Assembly: GCA_030264375.1 (NCBI GenBank)
Contig: JASCQW010000150.1
Coordinates: forward strand, 22,315,187 to 22,379,186
Direction of reading: 5' to 3'
Source: Carcharhinus longimanus
Taxonomy: Eukaryota
DNA: 64,000 nt
The notes beneath the pieces are model-generated. The model searched no databases and was not told the origin of the DNA. It saw only the letters and a program-made list of their open reading frames with translations. Both the position numbers and the translations under genes were made by a program. Below, one piece after another: positions 25,751 to 39,720 of this stretch (its first letter is position 1; each line of letters begins with the position of its first letter).

Positions 25751-28459
25751 TTCAGTCTCCCCTCCTGACCTTCTCAGTAAATGTTTTTCTACATAAAGAC
25801 ATTTTGTAAACTACAACAACTTGCATTAATAAAAGCATAACCAATTTAGTAAAAATAAAACCAGACATTAATATTAATATAATGATGCCAAGAAAGCCTA
25901 AATACTTAGAAGAACCCACTCCAGAGCAATCCTTAAACTGCTCTGTAAAATTCAACCCTATCACTCTGTATCATGGACACTGGACTTCACATATTTAATC
26001 CTGAACCAACAATTTACATTGTTGTAACTGAGAAGTTTAAGTTTAAGGTTTAAAACTTTAAAGTTTGTAACTTAAACTTCTCAGTTACAATACTGTAATT
26101 GCATCATGGACACTGTCCACATATACTTCATCTTGATCCAACAATTTACAGTGTTGTAACTGAGAATGAATGCAATAAAAAATAAACACTTACTGATTAG
26201 ACCAAATGTAAAATGTCACTCTTCCTAAAACAAACATATTAATGAAACATTGTCACTTCATAAGACTTTTTATTGGATGCTAAGCAAAGCTTTCCTTTTT
26301 GTTTCAAAACAAATAAGATGGGTCAAGATTCAGTTTGCAGTATGCAGAGATTGCACAAGATGGACACATTAAATATCCAATTTACCAGTACATAAATCTA
26401 AGAACGGTGCTACACACTGTGACAATACTATGTAACACTGTCATGTTTCTTGAGCAGGACCTGTTTTAGCAATCAGTTCTGTTAACCAGCTTGAGCCTAT
26501 TCTTTCATGCTAACTTAGTCTAAGTGTGATTTATGTCTGTGGGGTTATTGCTTACATTGGAACTACAGAGATAGTTAGCTGTTAAGAATTATGTCTTGTC
26601 ATGTTTAAGTACTTCAATTGATAAAAGTTATGCTAATTCTTTTCATTATAGTTTAACTGTATTGTTAAATAAAATTTGTTTTAACAAAAGCGTCTTAGCG
26701 GATCAATCAAATCATACTGGGGACGAAACATCTTACACTCACACTAATGCCAAAATCAAAAAAGTTAGGGTCCAGGCTAACTTGACAATATGTTTGAACA
26801 AACACTGAAAATGCAGACTGATATTACAGATGTTGCCTTTGACACCAATGATGGAATATTCAGAGTATTAACAAAGACAGGAGGAAATAGATGTATATTT
26901 TCATCCTGAGGATTTTGAAAGCAACACTAAGGATGTAGAGAATAATTAGTAGAAATATCTCGCAAAAGCTGTAAATCTAATTAAATTAGAGTCAAGTGAA
27001 GCAGAGTAAAGCAAATGAATGTAAATTCATTGTGAAAATGTTTTTTATCAAATAATATGAGTATAATAATTTGTGAGTTCGGATATATTTCATTTTAAGT
27101 AAGGTAATTAAGTGAATTGTTGAATGAGAAATCTGTTGGATATAAGAAATATGTCTAACAGAGTACTTCATAGGAACGTATTTTGTGGTCTGATTTTCAG
27201 TTTTTAAAACTTATCTTATTTAGTCCAAATATGTGTGGGGCAAATATCTCAGCTTATTACTTCATAAAAACAGTTTATTTATCTTTTTTTAATCTCATTT
27301 TTAACTTTTATCCTTTCATTTTCAGACAGAGGATGGGTAGCCCAGTTTGTAGTTTCAATAAATAGGATTCAGCCCACAGTGATTCCTGCAATACACATAA
27401 TATATTGACTGACTAACTGAAGTTTTGAGCCTGTCAGGCAGATTACCCTGGCAGTTACAGAAAATTTTCCAAAAAACGTTTAAGCGGAACTTTCTGAATG
27501 AACTGGGAACAGGGGTAATACTGTAGTTATCTGGCTAATGGGACATTATGCCTACATAGAATTATTTAGAAATTACAACACTAAAACTGGCATTAGTCCC
27601 AGTTAGTTCACTCTATCTATATAGCAGAAGTCAGCAGCTTCAGCAAGAAAGAATTTAAGTTTTAAATTATTTAATGTTGTCAAAAAGATAGTAGCAAACT
27701 TGTCAACTTTGGATAATGTTGCTATTGGCAACTGCTATTCGTATAATTACTCAAGTCATCAACATCAACGGTAGCATTATAATGACATTTTGCTCTGAAT
27801 GTTATGCCTTGATAAGAAATTGTACATAATTGCTCCAATTGTACAATATATAAAGTGCTTTAAATTGATAGAAGTCTTGTCTGATTATTGGATGCAGTTC
27901 TTTGAACTTGCGCAAATTTCACTTTAATCTGGTGAGAATCACAATATTGCCAATTTATCATTAGCAAATCACAGTGAAATAAATTCATAGGGATGTTGCA
28001 GAAAGAACACCCTGTTCCATACATGCCACTCATCCCTTTTTTCATTTAAGATATCAGCATATTTAGGTCAATTTCAACATTCATGGATGAAAATCACTAC
28101 CCTCCCATTTCAAACTTGACACTTCTATGGGCAGAAATGTTTGAGATGATTCAGCAAGATTGGGAATTCTCTCCCATAGCAGAGTTCTATCTGCTGGAGC
28201 AGAAACTGTGGTGACAGTAAAGGGTAAAGGGATAAGAGTACCAGCATGAACTGGGCAGAGAGGGAGAAAAGAATCAGCACAAACTAAGCAGAGGACAGAA
28301 CAAGCTTGAATTGGGGAAGGAGAGCAACACCAGGTTGACTTAGAATGGCAGTATGAATTCAGGAAGGTGAGACATGAAGAATGTCTCAATAGGGGAAAAG
28401 GGGAAATAATGCCATTGTGTCACTATGATACACAGGGAAGCAGTTTTAAAAAAAAATGA

Positions 28460-29080
28460 CAGGTTAGAACAAAGAACAATACAGCACAGGAAACAGGCCC
28501 TTCGGTCCTCCAAGCCTGCGCCGCTCATTGGTCCAATTAGACCATTCATTTGTATCCCTCCATTCCCAGTCTGTTTATGTGGCTATCCGGATAAGTCTTA
28601 ATTGATCCCAGCGTGCCTACCTCCACCACCCTGCATGGCAGTGCATTCCAGTTCCCCACCACCCTCTGTGTAAAATACATCCCTGTGATATCTGAGGTAA
28701 ACCTTGCCCCCTTCACCTTGAACCTGTGACCTCGTGATCGTCACCTCTGACCTGGAAAAAAGCTTTCCACTGNNNNNNNNNNNNNNNNNNNNNNNNNNNN
28801 NNNNNNNNNNNNNNNNNNNNNNNNNNNNNNNNNNNNNNNNNNNNNNNNNNNNNNNNNNNNNNNNNNNNNNNNTCAACATGGTTTTATGAAAGGTAAATCA
28901 TGCTTGAAAACATTTGTTTGATGATACAAAGATACATTAATGACCTGGAAAAAAGCTTTCCACTGTTCACCCTATCTATGCCCTTCATAATCTTATACAC
29001 CTCTACTAGGTCTTCCCTCATTCTCTGTCTTTCCAGGGAGAACAACCCCAGTTTACCCAATCTCTCCTCATAGCGAAAAC
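28460..29080 (-). mobile_element. CR1 3' end, broken by an N-gap
   Basis: agaacaaagaacaatacagcacaggaaacaggcccttcgg tail. Minus strand gives VFYTEGGGELEC, a frameshifted FTQRVVxxWN region. Confidence 0.85.
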
Positions 29081-29175
29081 TATCACACTATCAACTATCA
29101 ATTATCAACTATCATACACCAATACATATTCACAGTAGTCAACAATTTCTTTACAGAAAACTAGGGAATATAATG

Positions 29176-29487
29176 GCAGCACGGTGGCACAGTGGTTAGC
29201 ACTGCTGCCTCACAGCACTAGGGACACAGGTTTAGTTCCACTGACTGTGTAGTTTGCATGTTTTCCAAGTATCTGTGTGGGTTTCCTCCACATGTTCCAG
29301 TTTACTTCCACAGTCCAAAGATGTGCGTGTTAGGTGGATTGGCAATGATAAATTGCTCCTTAGTCTCAGGGGGATTATTAGGATAAATACACGGGTTTAC
29401 AGGGATAAGGCCTAAGTGGGATTGTTGTCAGTGCAGCTTAATGGGCCGAATGGCCTCCTTCTGCACTGTAGGGATTCTATGATTCTA
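29176..29487 (+). mobile_element. HE1-like SINE
   Basis: ggcagcacggtggcacagtggttagcactgctgcctcacagc head with A box, and CR1-derived tail gggccgaatggcctccttctgcactgtagggattctatgattcta. Confidence 0.9.
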
Positions 29488-29898
29488 AGTATATCTTCAG
29501 CTTAAATTCAGACAAACCCACACCCTATTGAATGTTAAGTGTAATGTACATGTCGCAGACGAATACTCAGCTGTTTTTGAGTTGGAAGCTTTTTGAACCT
29601 ATTAATTGGCCGAACAAGTGACTCAATCCAGGGGCAATTAGGGATGGGCAACAAATATTGGCCTTGTCTGCAATGCCCACATCTCGTGAAAGAATAAATG
29701 AGAGTTTTTTTTAGACTTTAATCACTTAGGGGTTTTCCCAAACTGTAAATTTGGAAGATAGAAATTCTATCCTAGTTTTCAGTGTAAGTATAGGTAATTT
29801 GTTACAATTAGCATAATTGTGGTTAACTTAATAATAGTGTACATATGATTGGCTAGAAAATGTGGAAAGTCATTCATTTCATGTTACATAGTGGTTAA

Positions 29899-30225
29899 GG
29901 GTGGCATGGTGGCACAATAGTTAGCACTTCTGCCTCATAATGCCAGAGACTTGGGTTCAATTCCTGGAGTTTGCACATTCTGCGAGGGTTTCCTGTGGGT
30001 GCTCTAATTTCCTCTCACAGTCTAAAGATATGCAGTTTAGGTGGGTTGGCCTTGCTAAATTGCCCTTTCATGGCCAAAGATGTATAGGTTCGATGGGTTA
30101 GCCACAGTAAATGCATAGGGCTGCAGGGATAGGATTGAGGAAAGGACCTGGGTAAGGTACTCTGTCAGAGTTGGTGCAGACCCAATGAGCTGAATGGCCT
30201 CCTTCTGCATTGTAGGTATTCTATG
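29899..30225 (+). mobile_element. HE1-like SINE
   Basis: gggtggcatggtggcacaatagttagcac head, B box gggttcaattcc, same tail as the 29176 copy. Confidence 0.88.
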
Positions 30226-31157
30226 AAAACAAATATAAAAAGCATAAAGGTGACAACTGGTGAAGAAAGAGCAAGAGCCAACAAGGTCTGCACACTTTCC
30301 AGAAGATTGAACATTATTGCTTTTTCATTTTTCCTGTAATTATTGTTTAAATCTGAAGTACATTATATTTTGTAGTGCTTGATTCAATAAGTTAAATTGC
30401 ATACACATATCAGTTGTGATCTTCCTCTAATTTTCTTACACTAGGTTGTGACTGTTCTCTTCAATTGAGCACTTGAAACTAAGTTCCTTCAAGAAAACAT
30501 ATTGAAAAATGGTTTGAAACATTGTCCATTATTTTATATCTGCTAATACCCATTCTTGCGTCTGATGTTGAGTTCTCTCTCCAGTATAATAAATAACGTA
30601 TGAAATATTGAGCTTTAGATTCACATGTACAAGTCTTTGTATCTTTTAATTCGACAAGCCAGCATGTATAACTTGACACAAACAGGTTGTTACTCACAAT
30701 CACAAATGCTATAAGGGACATTGACTCAAGTTTTGAAAACAAAGGGGAAAGGAAAACTGCAGGAAAATTACTTATGGCCTACTTTCACAATTATCCTGCA
30801 ACTATTTTCAGTGTGGCCTTCTTCCCATCTACTTTTTTAATTTCTGATTAAACCAAGGAGTAAATTTCTGAAAAAGGCACCATAATCCCAAGTGTAAAGT
30901 GTATATTTATCATTCCCTCATAAAAATTATGAATTCATATTTATGTGTAGTCATTATCTAGTGCTGAAGACAATTATTACATTGGTGGCACTTTCAAAAC
31001 TTTATTGTTTAAAATGATCTACTAGCCATTCAGTTGTATGTTTTGACTGTTGCAAAACTGACTTCTTTCCCCACTGCTTATTAGCAATGTAAATGAAGAA
31101 TGGAAAAAAAATCAGTGGCAAGCAGGGAATCAAATTTGTGGCACGTGATAAAGAACT

Positions 31158-31510
31158 TGAAAGACTTGCTTTTCACAATCACCAGGCATCTCAAAATGTT
31201 TAGCAGCTAATGAAGTATTGTTGAAGTATAGTCACTGTTGTAATGCAGGAAATGTGCAGCCAACTGTGCACTGCAAGCTCCAACAAACAGCAATGTGATA
31301 ATGACCAGATAATCTGTTTTTGTGATGTTGATTGAGGGATAAATATTGAACAAGGTACCCAAGATAACTCCCCTGCTCTTCAAAATACTGTTGTAGGACC
31401 TTTTATATCCACAAGAGAGTAAAAAGGGGGCTTGGTTTATCATCTTATCCAAAAGACAGGATGGAGAATATTGGTGCTACAACACGGATGCCAAGATTCG
31501 AGTTTGACAC
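31158..31510 (-). mobile_element. DeuSINE/SacSINE1-like element with L2-type tail
   Basis: gaagtatagtcactgttgtaatgcaggaaat...aacagcaatgtgataatgaccagataat. Related fragments at ~930-1090 and ~22930-23055. Confidence 0.65.
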
Positions 31511-32939
31511 AAACCTGTTAGTTAAAAATCCTAATTTCATTACCACTTATTTCCATTTAAGGGCCCAAATACTGTCAGCACATAGAGATTTACAGCACAG
31601 AACCAGGCTTTTCAGCTCAACTTATCCATGCTACCCAGTTTTTAACCATTAAGCTGGTCCCAATTGCTCACATTTGGCCCATATCCTCTATGCCAATCTT
31701 GATGATCAGTGCAGAGTCTTAACATTCAACCATCAAGCTACATATGCCAATGTTGACAAGTGTAGATGCAAGCATATGCTTCCTATTCTCCAATAGAGTA
31801 TTTGAATTCAGTTTGCAACACTGGGTATGACTCACAAGGAATTTGTAATTTGCTTCCTTCAATGTACTCTGAGAGTACAATTCAAATCAATTTTCCTGAT
31901 ACATCTGTTGTGACATACATTCAGCATGTAGGTTGAAATGTGGAAGATGGAGAAGCTTCACCATTAACACGTGAAATGCTATTTGCTATGCGATTGTTTA
32001 AGCCTATTGTGCAACAATGCATGGGACCTTCCACAGAAGTTCCACAATTTCTATGCTCTTAGGAAGTAATTTGCAATAAATGGAATGATAACAACTGTTT
32101 TAGGTTAGCAGTGTGCGCTCTGTTGGGGCCTGCAAGTTTGAAGCCAAGCTGATCTAATATGTTACCTCCATAAGGTTTCTGCCTTTGGCTATTAAAGTGA
32201 CATTTTGTAGTGTACTGGAATGCGATCATTCCCTAAACCACAATAATCAATAAGTATCTCTGTCACAGGAGTTAGAGAAAGTTGCAAAAGATATAAGTGG
32301 TGGATGTCACTCAATATACTTTCATGCCAACGTAGATGAGAAGTGATAGAGATGCCTGTAATCTCAACTGAGCATTCCTTAATATGATATAGTGTTTTGG
32401 CTTGGGTAATAGTATACATATGCAATATCTTCTCCTCAGGAAGACACTCCCATGTGTCAAATTGAAGAAGTCTTCTTTTTCAACTGCTACACCTTTGCAA
32501 AATGATTCAACTTTAAACACAAGCAACACTTTCTTAATCTGGGCACAGAGTTTATGAATTGAAAGACATCTAACTAAAATGACGTAAGTGTTGATGAGGT
32601 TCTGAGGACTCTTTCCGTTACACTTGCACTTGAGTTTGCAACCAAGTCAGAGGATGCATTTCTGTGTAACTCTTCGAATCCAATATGGCAGATTCAAGTT
32701 AGACTGCCAAGGTCATGAATTTTTCCACGTTCAAACCATCATCTTCCATTAGAAGGCATTCCCTAATTCAGGGAAGTGCTTTCAATCAATTTACCACAAA
32801 TCAGTTCATTAGTTAGTATGCCAAATTTATATGTAGAAGTCAATTTCTACTACGTTTTATGGGCTTACCCCTTCCTGGCATCTCTGGCAAATGTATGTTG
32901 TTTTATGACCACGATTTTCTTTGGCCCAAAGTATTTTTG

Positions 32940-33375
32940 AGAGCACTTGCGTACAGTTCGGGTCGCCGCATTATAAGAAAGATGTGGAGGCATTGGAAAG
33001 GGTGCAAAGGAGGTTTACCAGGATGNNNNNNNNNNNNNNNNNNNNNNNNNNNNNNNNNNNNNNNNNNNNNNNNNNNNNNNNNNNNNNNNNNNNNNNNNNN
33101 NNNNNNNNNNNNNNNNNNNNNNNNNATTAAGGGGTGGTAGTTATAGGACGGATGTCAGAGGTAGGTTCTTTACTCAGAGGGTAGTAAGGGCATGGAATGC
33201 CCAGCCTGCAGCAGTTGTGGACTCACCAACTTTAAGAGCGTTCAAATGGTCAGTGGATAGGCATATGGATAACATTGCAATAGTTTAGGTTAGAGAGTCA
33301 TTAGATTGGTTCCACAGGTCAGCACAGCATCGAGGGGCGAAGGGCCTGTACTGCACTGTAATGTTCTATGTTTTA
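32940..33375 (+). mobile_element. CR1 3' end spanning an N-gap
   Basis: CVQFGSPHYKKDVEALERVQRRFTRM, with tail ctgtactgcactgtaatgttctatgttttatg. Confidence 0.9.
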
Positions 33376-35639
33376 TGCACAGCAAGATGAATCCTACTGT
33401 CCTGCAGATATCATTCATATACAAAATAACTTCAGAGATGTGATGCAAATGAAGGGTGCATTCAGTTCTCCTTCTCTACTTATGCAGTCCCTTGGGATAA
33501 AAGATGACTCCACTTTGATTAGATTTATCAATTAGCCATCTCAGAATCAAGGCACAATCTGCAGACTCTGGCACTTGAGGCAGGTAGTGCTTGGAGGCTT
33601 AGGTAGATGAGTTGTTTGGAGTTTTGTGCACATTCCCCAACACCTCAACTTCGCCTCTGCATGTTCGCAATGAAGCCTCTTGATGCATTCAGTACATTCT
33701 GGCTGAATCTTCTCCATTTCAGTTGGTCACAAGCCAGGAATTCTTGACTTCTTGTTGAAAACAAACCCCCATTCTTTAATCACCTCATAATTGGCAATAT
33801 TATTAAATTTGGTTCACAACATAAGAACATGAGACAGGAGCAGGAATAGGTCATATGGCTCCATAAGCCTGTTTCGCCATTTGAAAATATCATGGCTGAT
33901 ATATTATGTTTAACAAGTTGATCTATTCAGTCCAAATGAAGATTAAGCTCCCATAATTGTATTATTATTCTTGATTCTTGAACTACAACTCGGCACTGGA
34001 TCATCTTCAAAAGTCAATTCCGATTAGACAAGTCTTTGTTCAAAACACATCCATCAATTTTCCATTATTTACTTCCATTGCATTAATTTAACACTTTTGT
34101 TTTGCCAACTGATTTGTGCTGCATTCTCCAACTGTAATGCTTAAATTATTTTTGTTTAGATTCTGATGTCTGCTTGAGCAAGGGCACCACTGCACTGAAA
34201 CAAAGACTCAAGATTTGATTCCAGTTCTACATTGCAGAAATTCTACATTCAGCCCAACTGATTTATGCTAATATTCCACACCTTTCTTCCAATCCTACCC
34301 CTCATGTACTTTTCTGGCATCACCTTGAATGTACTTTGACAATATGGCATAAAAGTTTCATAAGATTTTACATATTTAACAATCAGTAGCAAAAGTTACA
34401 TCTCATCCATAATTCCACTCCCTTCAGTGCCTCCATTCTATCCTCTATGGCTTTGATCTTTCAAAAGAAATGTGGCAACTTTATTCAGATGTTGAGCTGA
34501 TCTCAGCCAGAGTGGTGGCTGGAGTGCAACAGTTGGTAGGAATGTTCCTAGATTAGGAAGGACAAAATAAACAAAAGGATTACGGATGCTCTGAATCTGT
34601 CTGCACAGGAGCAAAACTTTATGCATCCTAGGAGCCAACACCTTCAAAACAGAAATGGGAGGGCTGATGAAAGGGAGGAAGTCACAGGGACATGGACAAT
34701 TGAGCAGAAAACCTTGAAAAAGTGCTAATGAATTTTTTATTCTCTTTGCTAAGAGATGAAATAAATAGTCAGAAAGCCACCTTTGCAACTGTAACATCAA
34801 GAATTAATTAACTAAACCATAAAGAAAGACATTTTTTAAGCAGATATATTCTTTAAACACATTTAATTGGCCATCCTTACTAACCTACTGCACCAAATGA
34901 TATCAAGACAGAATTATTTGCTTATTTTAAGCATTTGATTTGTGCTTGTGAGGTTGAACAGGGCTATATTTTACCATGATTGAACAGCAGTGNNNNNNNN
35001 NNNNNNNNNNNNNNNNNNNNNNNNNNNNNNNNNNNNNNNNNNNNNNNNNNNNNNNNNNNNNNNNNNNNNNNNNNNNNNNNNNNNNNNNNNNNGCTATATT
35101 TTACCATGATTGAACAGCAGTGAAAAACAGCCAATTATAATCCAGAGACCCATGCCAGCTATGAGTTCTTCCTTGTGTCTAATTAGTATTATTTTGCATT
35201 ACACTACAGTGCCCATAAAAATGATTCTTGCACTAATATAGAATACTAGCATTTGTCACTGTTATGAATACCTCTTCAGGTGAAGAGGTGATCAGAAGTT
35301 ATCCGATAGCACAGTCCAACACTTTATGTTACATGAATATAAAATGTATCACATGAATGAACAACATAATATGTTGACCTAATTTATAGTTAGCAATGTG
35401 GGACAAGAATAAATGGTGCAACTTCAAAAATAGAAGTGGAGAAAGAAAAAAGATCCTCTAGTTTATTACAAAGAGGTCTTTATAGTTACCCCAGCGTCAG
35501 TGGTGATTTGCCTTCCTTCGTATCACGTGAGCTGTGAACAATTTTGCACATTCTGTTCAGAGCAATCACTTCCAAACAAGTATGAAAAAAGTAATCATTT
35601 TAAAAATAAAAAAGAGAACAGATGCAACTTGAGTTTTTT

Positions 35640-38600
35640 TTTAGATACAACTTGAGAATGTTTTTATTCGAGCACACTGATTTTATCATACAATTTTATT
35701 GGGGGAGATATAGACACAGCAGTAGCCAATGTGGCTTCACTAGCAGATGGATCTATCACAAATTCCAACCACCAGCAAAAGTCTATTGGACATATAAAAG
35801 AGTTCTATTCACCTTCTATTATGAATCTATTCTAAATGTTCTAGTTTCACCTTAAAAATAATATACAGAATTAGACTTCTTTTTTAATGCATGCAGATTC
35901 TAATTAGTGCAGAACATAAAATTAATCGACAATTTGCAGCCTATGCAGGTAGATAACATCTAAAAAGAACTGCAGCATTTTTGTACCAAACGTAAAAAGA
36001 AATTCTAAGTAAATTGTTTGCACGAGAAAAACTAGCATGTTCCCCATGGCCTGTACCATACATATCCCCTCCTTAATAAATTTCTGTGGAATGTAATTAA
36101 TTNNNNNNNNNNNNNNNNNNNNNNNNNNNNNNNNNNNNNNNNNNNNNNNNNNNNNNNNNNNNNNNNNNNNNNNNNNNNNNNNNNNNNNNNNNNNNNNNNN
36201 NNNNNNNNNNNNNNNNNNNNNNNNNNNNNNNNNNNNNNNNNNNNNNNNNNNNNNNNNNNNNNNNNNNNNNNNNNNNNNTTTTGTAGAAAATAGTGTCTGA
36301 AAACATTAAAAAAGATAAACTGAGACAGTAAGATCTACTGCATCATGTATAAATGAAATGCTCATGCATTTGGTTGTACAAAATACCAGAAACTATTCAG
36401 TAAGAATCAGAAAAAATAATTCATATATATATATACAATATAATCTAAATCCCTTAGCTATGAAAGCCCAAGGTCTATCTTTGCACATAATTCAATTTAT
36501 GTATTCTAGTTTACCATACATTAAAGGTATCCAAACATTATAAACATGCATATAAGACAGAGCAATATCTTTCAAATCACAGGCATCCTAGTAGATCATA
36601 GGATTATCAAAACCAGTGCACCAAATATGTGCAATTGTCACAAGGAGACTAAAAAGTTAATATTTTGCATAATTTCCCAAGATTGTGGTGGAAATTAGCA
36701 ATTTTTAAAATCCAAGTTCCACACGTTGCAGCCCATCTCCGATTCAAAATCATGGATATGGTCAGTGTTTTTATGAATATTTCTTCCCATGTTCATAGCT
36801 TTTCACTGAAAGAAAAATGTAATATGAAACAGTCACAAATCAAAAAAACTCTATTTTATAAATGTGGGATAAGCAGCCAAATAGCATCCTCAATTTAAAG
36901 AAAATTCAAATAAGATTTTAGACTTCTATTTTGGGGAGTTGATGAATAGCTGTGAGCAATTTTCCACATTAGACTTCAAGTGCCAGCAATCACTTCAAAA
37001 TTAGAAATAGTCAGGATCACACTATTTACACTAACCTCAGACCATTACTTCTAGTTGCTTCAGTTTTTTTTCCCCCTATCTCTACATCATTTTATGGCCT
37101 TTGAGTGAGACTACTAATTTAATGCTACAATATGCAGTGTCTCTATGGAATAACAACGAGTAAATGTTTAAACAGTTTATATAATGAACAAAATTTATGC
37201 GGAACTTCTGTACATAGATACGTTCCTGTGAGTGAGTGTGTGTTTATATGCTGGGCAGAGAATTCTGTTCATTGCAGAAAGTGTGTGAAAGTTGGCTGTT
37301 GAGGTATAAATCGCAAGTAGTATACAGCAATTTTAAAAATGATGGAATTAGTCAGTGTGCAGTTGGATGCATGAAGGGTAGAAGTTATAAATCAGGGACA
37401 AATTGTGTTGGCAGTGAGCAGGAATAATATAAAAGAGGAAGAAACACTGGAGGAGATGGAGAGGTTGATGATAATAGCAACAGAAAATTTCTGTTCCAGG
37501 ACTACAGCTCGGAACTACAGGATGCCACCTCAGCGTCAAAAGAAGTTTCCAACACTGCTCCAGGCACCCCCAAGTAACTGTAAAGCCCACACCACTTAAC
37601 TTGGGGAACACCACCTAACTTGGGAAGAGAAAAAAGGTCTGCATTAGTACTTTTCACAGCCTCAGGACATCCCACAGCAGTATTACAAATGAAGCAAACT
37701 GTGAGCTGGGTGGTCTCAAGGTGCGTTTTAAAAATTTAAATATGAAAATACCATGACAAGAAGTAGTAATTATGTAATTAAATGGGAAGTGCATACATGT
37801 AAAGATTTTAATATCTTGCCATGTAACTCTGAGTCAAAGTATATTCTATTTTATAACTGGTACTATCAATTTATAATGAGCAAAGTGCTGCAGAATATGC
37901 AAGCTGTACACAAGGGTTTGTGTAAATTGCTAATGGATCTCTGTGGCATTGCACATAGCAGCCAAACCAAATTAAGTCTTAAGCTCAAGCAGAAAACAAA
38001 AATATGCAGAATCCCCCATTATAAATCCATAATTGTGTTTTCTTTATATCCACACTTAAAAATAGAAACTGCCTATGTAAACCTGTCAAGTTGCAATGAT
38101 ATCTCCTACTGGGGTAGCAGCAAAATAATACCTCTGCTGTGCATGTAATTACAGGGCGACACAATTGAATAGTTAGCTACCATTAACATGGAGAGGGGGA
38201 TTTAAAACATTGGAAAAGTTGACTAAAAGGTAGGTGAAAACAACATTTTTTTAATAAGATAGACACAGATGATGCACATCACAAGAAGTGTATGAATAGA
38301 CTCAATGTGGCAACAGATTTCCCTAGTGGTACAGTAAAAGATGATGTTCCAAAGACAAAAGGCGATTGAACAATGGTCGATGGATCAGCATATGCAAAAT
38401 TTGGCTGCAATGCAAATTCTCATGATAACTTTAAAGAATAACGTTTGTGCGTGCAAGTAAAAAGGACACCAGATTCACTGAAGGTTGGAAATGATCCTTT
38501 TGGAAGAGTGAAAGAATGGGCAAGAGAAAAACATTAAATAGGGTTGCTTACAGATTTGACGAAGGTTGATTAACACAACTTCTATAAAGAAAGATAAAAG

Positions 38601-38968
38601 TGCATATTACAGAAATGACTTGAAAGTCTGTCATTTTTGTTCTATTTGTTATTCCATAATCTGAATGATAAGCTCCTAACTAAATATCATGATTAACTTT
38701 CCATAAATTATCAGGTGAAAATATCACAAACAACAACGTTTTTCTTTTAGGCACAGGGCATGCCCATTTGGATCTGACAGAAGACAAATATCACATCCAC
38801 TTAGAGACTTGATGAAGAGGCTATTATAATTCTGGCTACTTCTGAACTCTAGATTGTGTCCATAGCAAGATGGAGTTCTTGAAGATTTTTCTCATGACCC
38901 AATACATATATCCTTATAGTACAAATAGGAACAGCATGACAGAGTTAACAACGTATTCTTCTACAGAG
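35640..38968 (-). other. HMG20B: Probable long 3' UTR of HMG20B with candidate poly(A) signals
   Basis: Repeat-poor AT-rich tract downstream of the last coding exon. AATAAA on the minus strand at 35695-35700 and 35663-35668, followed by U-rich sequence. Confidence 0.45.
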
Positions 38969-38978
38969 TTACTTTGCA
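38969..38978 (-). CDS. HMG20B: Candidate terminal coding micro-segment of HMG20B (..D-S-A-K-stop)
   Basis: aatctccag|T GCA AAG TAA completes the phase-2 AG codon to Ser. Vertebrate HMG20B ends with a few codons in its last exon. Other acceptors nearby are also possible. Confidence 0.45.
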
Positions 38979-39587
38979 CTGGAGATTACACATTCTGCTC
39001 AACACACATCTATTTCTGTTGGAAAACACCATGCTGTTAACCTGCATAATTCAGGCTAAGGCTAGTGGTCAAATTTATTTACACAATTCCCACCATCATA
39101 GCATCACCTCAGTTCAGCCCCAACACACTTGGCACTGCCTCTGGCACAGTTATGATGCCCAATCAGACACCGTCTGCTAGACATGCCACTGACCACCTGG
39201 GGGTTTCAATGGCCTCTGTCCCCCCAGCATTACCAGGGTGTCTGGACCCCACTATCAGGAACCAGAAGTGAATTTTTCAACTGATATCTCACTGATGAGA
39301 GGGGAAAGCAGCAGTGAGGTTGAAAGGTGCTGTGCCAGGCCTGCTAACGAGATTGAAATTAATTCAATCTTATGCAAATAGGCTTNNNNNNNNNNCTCAC
39401 CCACTGGCAATTTAATGAGAATTTAATGTATGGGACTAAACCAGTTCCCAGCTCCCATGCCGACTGACTGGCGAGTTGAGCCAGTAAGATAATGCCCCAA
39501 GAGTCAAATCTAGCTAATAGCCAAGCTCAATATTGCTTTAGATTTGAATTTAAAACAATTTTATCCAAATTATTTGTCAAACCTTAC

Positions 39588-39720
39588 CTATCTAATTGGC
39601 TGATGATCTCCTGCACTCTACCAACTAGTTTTTCATATTCTATGGGGCTGCTTCCGATGATATTGTGAAGTTTTGCCATGTACGTATCAAGCGTTCCTTC
39701 TGTCGGTGTTTCTCCAGTGC
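39588..39720 (-). CDS. HMG20B: HMG20B penultimate coding exon
   Basis: 133 nt, gtaactag|...AG|gtaagg. Encodes GTGETPTEGTLDTYMAKLHNIIGSSPIEYEKLVGRVQEIISQLD, compared with human GTGETPTLGTLDFYMARLH. Confidence 0.96.

Noticed and set aside
29176-29250. tRNA-like A/B boxes (also 29899, 53338, 63138)
   Set aside because: These are SINE heads continuing into SINE bodies, not complete cloverleaf tRNA genes.
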